Positions 37,166 through 50,917 are shown, counted from the stretch's first letter. The stretch: DNA of 64,000 nt from Vicugna vicugna (GCA_013265495.1 MU057947.1:568048-632047), one strand, 5' to 3'. Notes: generated from the sequence alone by a model not told the origin. Program-made: numbers and translations.

Positions 37166-38779
37166 TTCTAGACAGAGATGGAGGTTCTCCTGACTCCAGG
37201 GAGCCACTCTGGGAGGAGGGGGGTGAGCAAAGGCATTTGTGAGGTGCTGGAGGGAGCTCCCAGTCTGCAGGGTGGAGGAGCTGCCGGGCAAGCACGCAGG
37301 CCAGCCGGCAGCTGGGGTCTGGGAGGCGGGCGCGGGTCCGGCATTGCTGGGTGCAGGGTCTGAGCGCTGACTCGGTCATTCTCCACAAAAGATTTCTGTC
37401 AAGTAATACACGGCTTAAAAGTCAAACAATTTATAATTGTGCATCTTTATCCTCTAAAGAGCAGCCCCTACTCCATCCCACCCACTCCCATTTCCTTCTC
37501 CATAAATGCACTGAATTAAAAAAAAAAACTTTTTGGCTTTATCTTCTCCATTTTTCAAAAAACATGCTTAACTTGTTATAGATGGATTATTTTTTTCAGT
37601 TTTAGATATGAACCATTGACTTCGTAATATGGAAAGACAAGGATTTGTCCCCATCCTCCCTACATGTACGTAAATAGAAATGTTCCCCTTTGCCCTCTGT
37701 CTGTAGTTTTGTCAGACTTCTGGTCAGCATTTAAATTACAGTGACTATATAAACACTATTGCTGAATGTCCCTCTCAGACGTCGTGATGGCTGCCAACAG
37801 AGTGAATGCTGGTTACGGGTACTCCTGGGTAAGGTTTCCTTTTACCAGGGGCTAAATAATCGTCTTTTTATCGTTTTGGCTGGATTCCATGTCCCTGATC
37901 TTACTTCTCCCGGCTCTGCCCCAGCAGCACACGCTCCCTCTGGAGTCGTCCATCCTTTCTGACCCGATGGGACTGTCGGGCTTGTATGTTTTTCACTTTA
38001 TTGACGGTCAGGATTGGGGTTTGGAGGGCGCAGTGGCAGTCGTGTGTTTCAACTGTCTGCTGAAGCCAGCTGTCTTCAGGCCCTCCAAGAATGGCCTCCT
38101 TGACTGTTGTGAACCCAGTGAAGAAAGAAATAGGCTAGCTTGTGTCTTTTTTAGTTTATTCTGGTTTCTTGAAATTGGTTGTTGTTATTAAAATAACAGG
38201 AACCTTGCAGGGACATGCTGCCTTTGAGTTTCTCTTGGGTAAATGAGACAGACTGGACAAACCCAGGCTGGTTCACTGGACTTAAATAAGAACATTTTAA
38301 ATCTTAACCACATCATGTAAACTTGAAATACATCGCCGTTTTGCACTAGGTAACCATTATTACTCCCCCAGTGTTACAGATTATACAATGGTGTATCAGT
38401 GAGTAATTTACCCAAGATTATGCGGCTTTTACACAACAGCTCTGGGGCGTCCTGGCTCCTGAGCCTCCCCGGTGGACCTATGGCCCATGTTGCGAATCGA
38501 TGTTCTAATCTTCATGAGGATTTAATATAACTCAGGTGTGGTCCTCGGCTCCAGGCCTAGCAGCGATGGAGGTATCCGCCTTAGTTGGAAGCAGGTGAGT
38601 CTGCGCTGTTATGATATGAACCTCGGTCTCAGCAGCGTAACACAGCCACTTCCCTTCACTGGGGCGCAGGCTCAGACCCTAGGTCTGATTCGGGTTGGAG
38701 GGCTTTAGTCTCGTTGATGATTCACACACCTCCGGTCCTGTGTCCCCACCGGGCTGGGGTCCTAAATTCCTGACACACA

Positions 38780-38948
38780 ACTGATCCATGTCTGTGAGAG
38801 AGGCGTGCACCACTTCGCCCACTTACCAGACGCAGTACCCTTAACATGACCCCACTTTGGTACAAGAGGGGCTGGAAGCATTTTTATTCCTGTGCCCAGG
38901 AGGAAAATGAAAATGATTCAGGGGACACATAGCATCGTTTCTACCTCA
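38780..38948 (-). mobile_element. Old MLT1 (J/K-like) LTR fragment
   Basis: CAAGAGGGGCTGGAAG...TGTGCCCAGGAGGAAAATGAAAATGATT...TTTCTACCTCA. Confidence 0.45.
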
Positions 38949-39814
38949 GCACTCATTCCAGCTCACGATCATAACACAGCCCCTGGTAACACGAGTCTGA
39001 CTGCGCTGTGATTGGTGGTTGACTCTCCCTCTGGTCAGTTCCTGTTCTCCGATGGGGGCGGGCTAACATGCTCATCCTCTGTGCGACAGGGAAACTAGTC
39101 TCTGTGGGAAGCAGAGAAACAGCCAGAACTTACCCTAAATTCCTGGTACTCTCATAGTCCAGTTTCTCTTCATCACAGTGATGAAATAGCCCAGTGATTT
39201 TGAAACTCACTGTCTCCTTCTTGAAAATCCCAGCCAAAAGGCATTTCATTTAGGGAGAAGAATGCTTCCTGGGTGATTGAATCAAAATGTTATATTGAAC
39301 TCTTAACATGAAATTGATGAGAAAAAAATGAATAGAATGAAATCATTGTCTGGTGTGGTATCAAGATTCTGTTTCCTAATTTTACCACATTGGCTGAGAG
39401 CTCTAAGACAGCGGCAGCAAGTCCAAAAATATCTGGATAATTTTACCATGGTATGTACTCTTCCCCATGGTTCAGGATTGTTGCTTGAGTTCCAGCCATC
39501 AAATTGAAGTTCTACAGTTCATGACGATGTGGAAAAGAAACACATGCAAAAAATTTGACAGAGGTAAAACATTTATTGACAGTACACTAATATGAAGTGT
39601 ACAACTCAATACAAATGTACACATACACACTCTCCTTTGTAACAGTCAAGAGTAACGGAGCAAGAGTTAAGACGTCACAAGCCCTGGAGGTCCCCTTCAT
39701 GTTCTATCTCAGTGGACAGTTCTCAACCCAGAAGTGACCGTGTGTTTTCTCATCATTATCAGTTACCTGTGTTATTGCTGAACTTTATACAGATGGAATC
39801 ATACTGCATGGTGT

Positions 39815-42800
39815 CTTTTTCTCAGATTTAATTCTTTAGAGCAATGTGAGACTCACAGCAAAATTGAGAAGGCATGGTGATCTCCACGTACCTCCTGCCC
39901 CCACACATGCACAGCCTCCCCTGTTGACATCCCCACCAGAGTGCTGTATTTGTTATGATGGATGAACCCACAGTGACACACCGTCCTCCCCTTAAGTGCA
40001 TAGTTTACATTATGACTAACTGGTGAGTCTGTGTTTGGAGTAGATGTATAATGATCCATATCCACCTAAAAATCCTCTGTGCTCCCCTGTGTAGCCCACC
40101 CTCCCCCTCTGCCCCAGAAACCACTGATCGTTGTACTGCTGCATCCCTTTGCCTCTCCAGCAAGTCCTGTAGGTGGAACATGTAGTGGGCAGCCTTTTCA
40201 GATTGGTCTCTTCACTTAGTCACATGCATTTCAGTTTCCTCTGCGTCTTCTCATGGCTTGATAGCTCATTTCTTTTTAGTGCTGAGTAATATTCCATTGT
40301 CTGAGCGCACTAGTTTATTTATCCATTCTCCTACTGAAGAATCTTGTTTGCTTCCAGATTTTGGCAATTATGAATAAAGCTGCTATAAACATCCATGTCC
40401 AAGTTTTTGTGTGGACATGAGCTTTCAGCTCCTTTGGGTAAATACCAAAGCGCATGACTGCTGGATCGCATGGTAAGAGTATATTTAATTTTGTGAGAAA
40501 CTGCCAAACTGTTTTCCAAGGTAGCTGTACAGTTTTACGCTCTGACCAGCAGTGAATGAGAGTTGCTGTTGCTCTGGTTTCTCACCAGCATTTTGTTTGT
40601 CAGTGTTCAGGATTTTGGTCATTCAAATAGGTGTGTAGTGGTAGCTTATGGTTGTAATTTGCATTTCCTTGATGACATACAAGAAGCATCTTTTCATATG
40701 CTTCTTTTGCCATCTGTGTGTCTCCTTTGCTAAGGTGTCTCTTCAGGTCTTTGGCCTGTTTTTCAGATGGTTTTCTTACTGTTGAGTTTTAGGAGTTCTT
40801 TGTATATTCCAAATCAATCATTTGTCAAATGTCTTTGGCAAATATTTTCTCTCAGTCTGTGGATTGTCTCATTCTGTTGACATTATCTTTCCTAGAGCAG
40901 AAGCTTTAGTTTTAAGGAAGTCCAGTTTATCAATTATTTCTTTCACAAATTGTGCTTTTAGTGTTTTATCTAAAAAGTCATCACCATACCCAGGCTCATC
41001 CTATATTATATAGTTTTGTGATTTATATTTAGGTCTGAGATCCATTTGGACTTAATTATTGAGAAGGGTCCAATGTCTCCGTCTCGACTGATTTTTTGTG
41101 GGGGGTGATTGGGGGCAAGTAGATGTTCAGTTGTCCCAGTGTCGTCTGTTGAGCCGATTGTCTCTTCACCATCGTACTCCCTTTGTCCCTTTGCTAGAGG
41201 TCAATTGACTACACTTACACGAGTCTGTTTTCTGGACACTCTGTTCTGTTGCATTGATCTGTTTGTGTTTTCACCAGTGCCGCACTGCCTTCATTACCAT
41301 GGTGGTACGGGATCTGCAAGTCAGAGAGTGTGAAGTCCTTCAACTTTGTTCTTCTCCTTCAGCGTTGTGTTGGCTCTTTTGGCCCCTCCATATGAAATTT
41401 ATCATCAGTTAGTTGATAGCCACCAAATAGCTCGCTGGCATGTTGACTGGGGTTGCACTGATTCTCTAGATCCGCTGGGGGAGAACTGACCTCTTGACAG
41501 TATTGAGTCTTCCAATCCATGAACGCAGAATATTTATACACCACAACCAAGTGCGATTTATTCCAGGTATGCAAGGCTGGCTCAACATTTGAAAATCAAC
41601 TAAGGTAATCCATTAAATCAACATGCTAAAGAGCAAAAATCACTGCATTTATTTAGTTCTTGATCTTGTTCATCAGAGTTTTGTAGTGTTCCTTGTATGG
41701 GTCTTACACATATATACTTAGGTTTATACCTAAGTATTTTATTTTGGAGGGATGCTAATATAACTGTATTATATTTTTCATTTTAAATTTCACTTGTTTA
41801 TTGCTGGTAATTTGAACAGCAATTGCCTTCTGTATACTAAGCTTATATCCTGCAACCTTGCTATAATTAGTTTTAAGAGGTTTGGGTTTTTTTCTTTTTG
41901 TCAGTTGTTTTGTATATTCTACATACATGATCATGTCATCTATGAACAAGACAGTTTGATGTCTTGCTTACCAATTGATACCTTTTATTTTCTGCTCTTG
42001 TCTCACCACATTGGCTGGTACTTCCTATTTGGCATTGACATGGAACGGTCAGAGGGGCCATTCTTGCCTTACTCCTGATCTTACTGAGGAAGTTTTCAAG
42101 TTTCTCACCGTTAAATATGATGTTAGCTGTAGATTTTTATAGATCTTCTTCTCTATTCCTAATTTACTTAGAGTTTTTACCATGAATAGGTGTTGAATTT
42201 TCCCATCTTTTCTCATCTGTTATTATGAGCATGTGGCTTTTGTTCTTTAGCATATTGATTTAATGGATTACCTTAATTGATTTTCAAATGTTGAGCTAGC
42301 CTTGCATACCTGGAATAAATCCCACTTGGTTGTGGTGTATAAATATTTTTATACATTATTTGATCTGCTAATATTTTGGTGTAGATTTTTATAACTATGT
42401 TCATGAAAGATACATAGTTTCTTTTCTTGTAATGTCTTTTTCTGATTTTGGTATTCGGGTAATGCTGGACTCATTGAATGAATTAGGAAGTATTCTCTCT
42501 GCCTGTATCCTCTGAAAAAGATTGTAGAGTTTTGGTGTAATTTCTCCCTTAAATGTTTGATAGAATTCACCAGTGAATCCATCTAGGCCTGGGGCTCTCT
42601 GTTTTGGAAAATTACTTGTTGGTTTAATTTCTTTAATAGATAAAAGCCTAGTCATATTATATCTTTCTCTTGTGTAAGTTTTGGCGGATTGTGTCTTTCA
42701 AAGAATTCTTCTATTTTATCTAGAATATCAAATTGTGCACATAGATTTGTTCATATTATTCCTTCATCATTTTAATGTCCATGGGATCTGTAGTGATGTC

Positions 42801-43470
42801 TCATCTCTCATTTCTGATGTAATTTGTGTCTTCTATCTTTAATTCTTAGTTAGTTTGGCTAGAGACATACCAATTTTATTGATCTTTACCAAAAAAACAG
42901 CTTTTGATTTTTGTTCATTTTGCTCTGTTGATTTCTGCTCTAATTATTCTTATGATTACTTTGGTTTTAATTTACTCTTATTTTTCTAGTTTCCTAAGGT
43001 ATAAACTTAGCTTACTTGTTTTAGATTTCTCTTCTTTTCTTATATGTGCATTCATTGGTATAAATTTCCCTCTAAGCACTGCTTTCACTGTATCTAACAA
43101 ATTTTGGTAAGTTGTGTTTCCGCTTTCATTTAATTCAAAATGTTTTAAAATTAATCTTGAAATTTCTTCTGTGACCCATATATTTTTTAAAAGTATGTTT
43201 AATCTCCAAGCATTTGGGGGTTTTCCAGTTTTATCTCTGTTACTGATTTATAGTTTTTCCATTGTAGTTTGATAGTGATGTTATATGATTTCTATTTTAA
43301 ATTTGTTAGCATGTGTTTTACGGTTCAAAATGTGATCTGTCTTGATGAATTTTCCATGGGAATTTGAAAGAATGTATATTTCTGTTGTTGGATAAAGTAG
43401 TCTATAAATGTCAGGTATATCCAGTTAATTGATGCTGTTGTGTTGAACTACGTCCTCACTGATACTCTGT
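39815..43470 (-). mobile_element. L1MC1-like LINE-1, 5'-truncated (about 3.6 kb)
   Basis: Diagnostic 3' end CACAGCAAAATTGAG...CCTCCTGCCCCCACACATGCACAGCCTCCC. Minus-strand ORF2 peptides, e.g. APGLDGFTGEFYQTFK and ILPNSFNESSITRIPK (ORF 42401-42655). Confidence 0.9.
41529..42347. repeat. 115-bp inverted repeat pair (41529-41643 and 42233-42347)
   Basis: Manual alignment gives 108/115 identity with no indels and a 589-bp spacer. Confidence 0.95.
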
Positions 43471-45222
43471 AGGAGTGGACTTCCTGTGCCGTTGTATAGG
43501 TGTGTATTCAGCTTTAGTAGATACAGCCAGTCATCTTCCAAAAGAATTGTACCAACAAGATAGGAGAAATCCCCATGTTTGTGTCAAAAAAGGTGCTGTC
43601 AGTCTTTTCTAGTTTTAGCCATTTCATTGCTGTACAGGAGTATCTCGTTGTGGTTTTAAGTTTTCTAATGAGTAGTAACATTGAGTATCTTTTCATGTGC
43701 CTATTGATCATTCTTATATATTCCTTCTGCCCATTGAAACACGTCCTTGCCTCCTCTAAGAAGTTGTGTTTTCTTGGAGGTTTTGTACTCTTTCATGATT
43801 AGGCCTATAGCCCATGGAAAATGCACTTTTGAATATGATGTGATGAAAGCAGTCAAGGTTCCTTTTTCCCTCTATGTATTTATTCAGTGATGTTACCAAC
43901 TTTCTTTCCTATTCGATTATCTATGTGCTTTTGTCAGAAATCAGTTGACACTGTACTTGTGTGTTTATTTCTGGATTCTCTGTCCTGTTTCTCAGTCCCT
44001 GTATTCCTACACCAGTAGTACATTATCGTGATTGTTGAAGCTTCACTCTGCAAGGCTGAAATGAGATATGTGAGCTCTTGAAGTTTGTTCCGCTTTATTA
44101 TTATGTCTATTTTAGGTCCTATAAATTTCCGAACAAATGTAATCAGTTGTCTGTAATGAAATCAAACCCTCCCAAACCGTCTTGGAAATTTGATTGACAT
44201 TACCTTGGTTCCCCAGATGATTTGAGGATAATCCAGCCTCAGTAATGTCTTGCAGTTAAGTAATGTGGTATCTGTTTCATTTATTTGATTCTTTAACTTC
44301 TGCCAACAGAGTGTCATGGTTTTCAGTTGCAGAAGTCTTACACGCTTTTTATTAAGTGTGTGCTAGTATGTTTTATGTTGTTGCTATCATAAATGGTATT
44401 ATTTTCTTCCTCAGTTTCCAGTTGCTGCTGGCATACTTTATAATTGGGTTTTGTGTATTAACTTTTTATCATATAATCTTCCTAAGTTCATGTATTCTGT
44501 TCTTGTACTTTCTTTTAGATTTCCTATGTGCACAGTCATTTCATCTGTGTGCAATGTTAAATAAGACTGTGGGAGTGGACATCCTGGTCTTATTCGTGAC
44601 TTCAGGGGAAATGCAGTCAATATTCACCATTCAGGTTTAATATTTAACTCTTAAGATTTTTAAATAGATATTTTTATCAAAATAAGGATATTTCTATTCA
44701 ATCTCTGGTTTGCTGAGAGCTTTTATCATGAATATACGTTGATGAATTTTATCAGATCTTTATTCTGCTTTGACTTCTTTTTTTCCCATAGTTAATGTAG
44801 TGAATTATTTTTTAAGTGCTAAACTATTTTTTCATTTTTACAGTGAAAGCAGCTTAGGTGTGATTGATTATCTTTATGTATTGTGCACTTGAAAAAACGT
44901 AGTGTTTCCTTCTCCCCCCATTTTCTCTCTTAGGTTGGGTGGGGGGGTGAATCCAAGAAGAGATTTACCCATTTCATTAATACTTTAAAACAAAGGCAGT
45001 TTTTCCTTTGAATTTTCTCTATTTTTGTTTTTCTTGTCTTCTACTTTGTTGATTTTAGTCTTTAGAAATCATCTCCTCTTTTTTTTATCTCCCTTGTGTT
45101 TAATTTGTTCTATTTCCAGCTACTTAGAGGAAAGCATACATCTTTGATTATTCATCTGTCCTCTTTTTCAAATACAGTCCTCTAAAGCTATTAATTTCCT
45201 GCTAAATACTGCTTTAGCTGCC
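43471..45222 (-). mobile_element. Older L1 ORF2 remnant, probably continuing the L1 3' end at about 39560-39815
   Basis: Minus-strand peptides NRHMKRYSMLLLIRKLKTTTRY (ORF 43514-43711) and AFPLKSRIRPGCPL (ORF 44438-44620). Confidence 0.75.
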
Positions 45223-46842
45223 AACAAGATGGCATATTTTAATCCCATCATGGCAATGGTTACATTAAATATAATAGTCTAAGTGTACCAGTTATGAAAC
45301 AAATTGTAAAATTGCGAGAGGAAAAAAATCAAGACCCAAATACGTACTGTTGAAAGGAAACCCACTTTAAATAGGAAGATAGACCTAAAAAAATATAAGA
45401 AAGGTAAAAGATAGACCATGAGAACACTAATCAAAAAGAACTTGAAGTGATTATGGTAATATTAGACAAATATTAGAACAAGGATTACTAGAGATAGAGA
45501 ACATTGCCTAACAATAAAATGGTTAATTCACCGAGAAGTGTACTAGTCTTCAATGGTTGTGCACCCAGCAACTGAGTATATGAAGCAAAAATAAAAAGGA
45601 GAAATAGACAAGTCTACAGTTATAAAAGAACATTTCACTACTCCTTTCTTGGTGATGAATAAAACAAATTAACCTAAAATCGCTAAGTATATGGACAACC
45701 TGAACTCCTTATCCATTGCCTTGTAATGACATTTATAGAACATTCCTCTCAACAAAGGCCAAATACATGTTCACTACAAGTGCACCTGGGTCATTTCTAA
45801 GATAGACCATGTTCTGAGCCATGAGAAAATTCTGAATAATTTTAAAGTATTTAAACTGTGCAAAATCTTTCCTCTCACTACAGTGAAATTAAATGATTAT
45901 TAACAAAAATATGTGAAAATACAAAATATTTGAAATTAGCTCACTTTTCAGAGAAGACATCATAGGGGAATGCTTATCAAAAGTTGTGAGGTGCAGCTAA
46001 TGTTGTGCTTTGTGGGAAATTCATAGCATTAAGTGTTTATATCAGGCCAAAAAAAAATCTCAAAACAATGATCTAAGCTTCTTTAAAAACCGGGAAGATA
46101 AGAGCAAATTGAAGCCAAAGCAGACAAAAGGAAGGAGTAATAAAGATAAGAGCAGAGACTGATGAAACTGAAAACAGAGAAACAGTAGAAAATACCCATG
46201 AATCTAAAGCTGATTGTTTTAAAAATATCAAGAAAGTTAATAAATCTCTAGCCAGAGTAGGAAAAAAAGAAAAGAAGGCACAAGTTAACAGTGTTAAGAA
46301 TGAAAAAGGAGACATTGCTACAAATCCTACTGAAGCTGAAAAGGTTAAGAAGTACGTGGAAAGAACAGCTGTGCCCAGACATTGGGCTACTTAGATAAAC
46401 AGAATTCTTTTCTGAAAGGCAGAAGTTCCAAAGCTCACTCCAGAAGCAATAGAGAACCGAACCAGTCTTGTACCTGTTATACGAACTGACTCAGAGCAGA
46501 AACTTTGCCGTAAAGGAAAATTCAAGCTCAAATGGCTTCGCTGATAAATTCAACCAGCCATTTATAAAACAATTAATATCATTTCTCCGAAAACTCTTCC
46601 AGGGAATACCCAAGGAGAGAACCCTTTCCACCTCATTTCATAATGCCAACGTTACCTTAATACCGCAAGTAGATTAAAAGATTGAAAAATCATTAAAAGA
46701 CAGCTCCTCATTAACATAGATGCATAAATCCTCAAGAATACTAGCAAATTGAAACTACAGTATATAAAAAAGATGATGCAACACGAACAAGTTGAGTTTA
46801 TCCCAGAAACATACAACTGCTCAGTAGTTGAAATCAATTCAC

Positions 46843-47412
46843 ACCTGCACCCCAGTGTTCATAGCAGCACTATTCACAATAGCCAAGACATGGAAACAGC
46901 CTCAATGTCCATCAACAGATGACTGGTTAAAAAGATGTGGTGTATTTATACAATGGAATACTACTCAGCCATAAAAACCAACAGCATAACGCCATTTGCA
47001 GCAACATGGATGCTCCTGGAGAATGTTATTCTAAGTGAAGTGAGCCGGAAAGAGAAAGAAAAATACCATATGAGATCACTTATATGTGGAATCTAAAAAA
47101 CAAAAACAAAAAAACAAAGCATAAATACAAAACAGAAATAGACTCATAGACATAGAATACAAACTTGTGGTTGCCAAGGGGGCAGAGGGTGGGAAGGAAT
47201 AGACAGGATTTCAAAATTGTAGAATAGATAAACAAGATTATACTGTATAGCACAGGAAAGTGTACACAAGATCTTATGGTAGCGCACAGAGAAAAAAATG
47301 TGACAATGAATATATATATGTTCATGTATAACTGAAAAATTGTGCTCTACACTGGAATTTGACACAACATTGTAAAATGATTATAAGTCAATAAAAAATG
47401 TTAAAAAAAAAA
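46843..47412 (+). mobile_element. Young camelid-type L1, 5'-truncated, with a perfect 13-bp TSD
   Basis: TSD GAAATCAATTCAC at 46830-46842 and 47413-47425. TT/GAAA endonuclease-type site, AATAAA and A tail, ORF2 C-terminus TCTPVFIAALFTIAKTWKQPQCPSTDDW. Confidence 0.92.
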
Positions 47413-47786
47413 GAAATCAATTCACCATGTCAACAGAAAAGGCAATGAACATGAACTCTGAGCATCTCAGTAGATACACAGAAAGGAAATTCTTCATCTG
47501 TTTTTTTTTTAAAAAGGCACCTATGAATACCTGCAGCTAACACTCTACCTAATGAGGAAAGACTGAATGCTTTCCCTCCAAGATCAGAATCAAGACAGAG
47601 GCTACTCTTACGACACCTGCTCAGCTGGAAATCCTGGCCAGCGCGGTACAGCAAGGAAAAACACAGCACACACGTGCGCACGCAGACACACGTGTGCTCA
47701 CACACATGCACACACACCCCTTTTGGAAAAGGAAGAAATAAAACTTTATAGAAGGCATGATTGTCTGCATATAGAAATCCAAAAAC

Positions 47787-47885
47787 ATGAATGTATGTAT
47801 AACTGAATCTCTGTGCTGTACGTCAAAAATTAATACAACACTGTAAGCTGACTAAACTTCAGTTTAAACAAAAATAAAATAAAAA
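47787..47885 (+). mobile_element. Very short cetartiodactyl-type L1 3' tail
   Basis: GTATAACTGAATCTCTGTGCTGTACGTCAAAAATTAATACAACACTGTAA plus an A-rich tail; same tail type as 29648-29865. Confidence 0.7.
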
Positions 47886-48329
47886 TTTTTTTAATTTTTT
47901 AAACCTTCAAAAAACTGTTCGGCATACCGAACCAACTATATTTCCATTTACTAACGATGAATATTGGAAATTTTAAAAATATAGTTTTATTTACAATGAT
48001 AGCAAACCCCCCCAAAAATAGATTGCTATTGACAATATTTGTAGGATGTGTACGCCGAAAACTACAAAACCCTAATAAGATAAATAAAATCATTCCTTAG
48101 CAACTGGAGAGACGATCTGTGTTCTTGGATTGCGAGGCAGCATTGTCAGTTTTTCTGGTTCTCCCCATATTGATTAGTGGGTTTAATTCAATCCCAGTCA
48201 AAGTCTCAGCAGGGCTTTTTGTAGAGCTTGACAGACGATTCTCAAGTTTGTATGGGGAAGTTCCAGTTTTACAAGTTCTCCGAAGCTGTTCCGTGCGTCC
48301 ATCACTGGAGAGCGCAGGAGGGTGGCTGA

Positions 48330-48860
48330 TGGTGTAATTGCTTCAAGAGGAAGTGATAAAGTCTGGATTTCAAACTTTCTCTTAGGGCATAATTCACAAG
48401 AACCAGACTTTAAATTGTTCAAACTAAGGTACTTTCACCTTTGTGCCTGATAAATCTTTTGGGGGAAAAATTAAGCAAACAGAGCAACCCACTGGACTGT
48501 TTTCTGTCTTTGATCCTTTGATATTTAGTTGACAATTATAACCTGCATAATTGAGCACCGGACAGACTCAGAACTAACATGTCCTTTCTCCAGACTTCCT
48601 CTGTATTGGAACATTAGAATTCCTTTGGATGGTTTTAAAAACGTTCTAGAATTTTGAAGCAGTTTTGCATCGAATATAATGCTGAAAACATGAAATCTAC
48701 ATAATGTATGCCGTGTAACTAATATTAGAAGCATGTTCAGGGAGCAGCCTGTGGGGTTAATAGAGTTTAATTTGCAAGACAAATGAAGGCTTATTTCCTC
48801 CTAGGCACTCTGCTCTTAATTCTGCTAGGGCCACTTTTGAAGAATAGTCCATTAATAGAT
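48330..48860. promoter_or_regulatory. Putative conserved non-coding element
   Basis: Repeat-free AT-rich block with TAATT, TGATAA, TTGACAATTA and TAATTTGCAA motifs. Confidence 0.3.
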
Positions 48861-49368
48861 GGTGAAAACCCTCCTTGGGCAGGGGCGGAGCCAGCTAGCA
48901 GTGGAGTCAGGCAGCCTTTCCCCTCAGACGGGTGTTTCCCGGAATACAGAGCCGTTCATTACAACGTGGCGCTTAAACAGTTGTGCGATGGTCGCCTCAC
49001 ACGGCCACAGACTGGGGGGAGGGGGAGCTTCAGTGGTTTACCTCTGTGATAAACCGTGATTACAAAAGAAAGTAGACAATCTGAATGCCCACACGCACAG
49101 TGGGGGAGGTGTTAAACAAATCACTATTTATCTGCACATGGGAATATTCTGCATTTGTTTAAAATTATGCTCTCAGGCGTCTTTGTAACCAAGGAAGAGC
49201 CTTATTATAAACATGCCACCTGACTTTATCAAAAGAAAACTTCAATGATTAAAAATAAAATACTGAAAGGACTATGTTCAACAAACAGTGGTTATCTCTG
49301 GTGGATGGCATTGCTGGTAATTATAACTGCCCGCCTGTGATCCCACATGAGTCAGCAGAGCTGGCTTT

Positions 49369-49535
49369 CAGGTTTTTCAACTGGAGGCATCCTTGGCATT
49401 TGAGACATACCCGTCTTTGAGCTGACCACCTGCTCACTAAATGCTGGTAGCATCCCCCGTCACTGTGACAGCCAGAAATGCCACTGCGTTTTCTGAGCAT
49501 CCGTAGGCAGGCACCTGCCCTGTGGAGAACCCTAG
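49369..49535. mobile_element. MER20-like hAT MITE remnant
   Basis: CACTAAATGCTGGTAGCATCCCCCGTCACTGTGACAGCCAGAAATG and terminal GGAGAACCCT. Confidence 0.55.
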
Positions 49536-50559
49536 GTCAGTAGCTCCACAGTTGAAAAAAGCAACAGGAGACACAGGTGACAGTGGCCTGTCGAGGAGAT
49601 CAGGCCAGCAGAACGCAGAGCGACTCTTCTGGCTCCGTTTTTATTGATGACTTTTGGACAGAAAAGGCGATTCGTGGCCAAGTGGAAACGTGTTCGGGAA
49701 GCCAAGTGACCCTGTCGTCTTTTGTCCCTCCCCTCTGCCCCTGCACCTCGTGGGGCTGTGGCTGGCTTGGGACCACCCAGGGTTAGGCGTCTCCCACTCA
49801 GGGCAGGCTGTGTCGGTGGGAGGAGGCCGGCCTGGCCGGCCAGAGATCTCCCAGAGAACAGGAGGTTTGATGCGAGGAGGAAAACTGGAGGAAGCGGTTT
49901 GGAGAATTCAGATGTTTAAAACATGAAAAGAAGCGTGGCTTTGAGTTGCTCAGGGTTTGAGTTTCACGGTCTTGAAGTGCCCGCGTCTCTCTTGGGGCTG
50001 ACAGATCCAGGGGGAAGGGTTCAAAGGCAGAGAGCCCGTTTGAGCGGGGCCCTGGCGCACAGACGTGCGAGGAAGGGGTGGCCGCAGCGGGCGCGGAGGG
50101 AGCTGAGCCGCGTCCTCCTCCGGCTCCTCCCCGGGGACGCGCGGGGCCCGGGCCGCCACGCTCTGCTCGGTGGGAGCCACCTGCAGGCTTCGTGCCTGTT
50201 AATTCAGCAGCAAAGGGCCCCAGCACGCCGACTTCTACATTCACACAGGAACTAATGATTTCTTCAGCTTTTAAGCAACTTGTGACCTACCTGTTGGTGA
50301 TGCCTCTTTGTCATGTCCCCGTTCACAGCATCCTCTGTTTGGCCTGAAAAAACCAGCCTGAGTCTTGTGGCATCCTGCAACTCAGGGCGCTGAATACTGT
50401 TACGTCAACTTTTTAGAAATTTGACAGAATTCTTAAACCAAAAATTCAGCCTTTAATTTGTGTGACAATGACCTGAATTTTTTTTTTCATCTTTTGCCCC
50501 AAACCACCCTTATTTCAGGAAGCATTTGAGTATCTCCAGGCTCTCTTCCTTCCTCTAAC

Positions 50560-50917
50560 ACCTTCCTTACACGAACATCTGCAGATGGCCTCTCCCTGCC
50601 GGAGCTGGTGCCCAAGCTCGGGTACCACTTGCTCAGAGAGGCCCTCCCCGCCCAGCCTCTCTGTGGGGCGCTGCCCCCCCCGGCCCCCCTCCAGCCTCCC
50701 ACCCTCACCTGCCGAGCAGTCTTCAGAGCAGGTGACGTTATACTGTTCGTCCATTCGGGTGGGTTTGTGGTCTGTGCCATTGTGGCCCTTGCCCAGAACA
50801 AATGCTGTGGGAGGGCTGTGTCTGTCTGATTCCTCTGTATCTCGAGCACCTGTAACCTTGTCCAGCACAGGGTAGATGTTGGGCAAGTATTCACTGAATG
50901 AGCAAACGAATGGATGA
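50560..50917 (+). mobile_element. L2 3' end
   Basis: CTCAGAGAGGCCCTCCCCG...CTCTGTATCTCGAGCACCTGTAACCTTGTCCAGCACAGGGTAG...TATTCACTGAATGAGCAAACGAATGGATGA. Confidence 0.65.

Larger units (their letters stand above)
45225..48262 (+). mobile_element. Old L1 ORF2 (endonuclease to RT), interrupted by two younger L1 ends
   Basis: Peptide remnant SNGFADKFNQPFIKQLISFLRKLFQGIPKERTLSTSFHNANVTLIP (ORF 46468-46677); GACTGAATGCTTTCCCTCCAAGATCAGAATCAAGACA. Confidence 0.8.

Noticed and set aside
43471..48262. L1 orientation switch at about 45225 as a twin-priming inversion
   Set aside because: The plus-strand part runs about 2 kb past the point where the minus-strand part stops, so the two overlap in consensus coordinates. 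Two independent head-to-head L1s fit better.
49970..50230. CpG-rich patch as a promoter (similar patches at about 14880-15070 and 53200-53340)
   Set aside because: Short, with no downstream exon identified; regional GC bias is a sufficient explanation.
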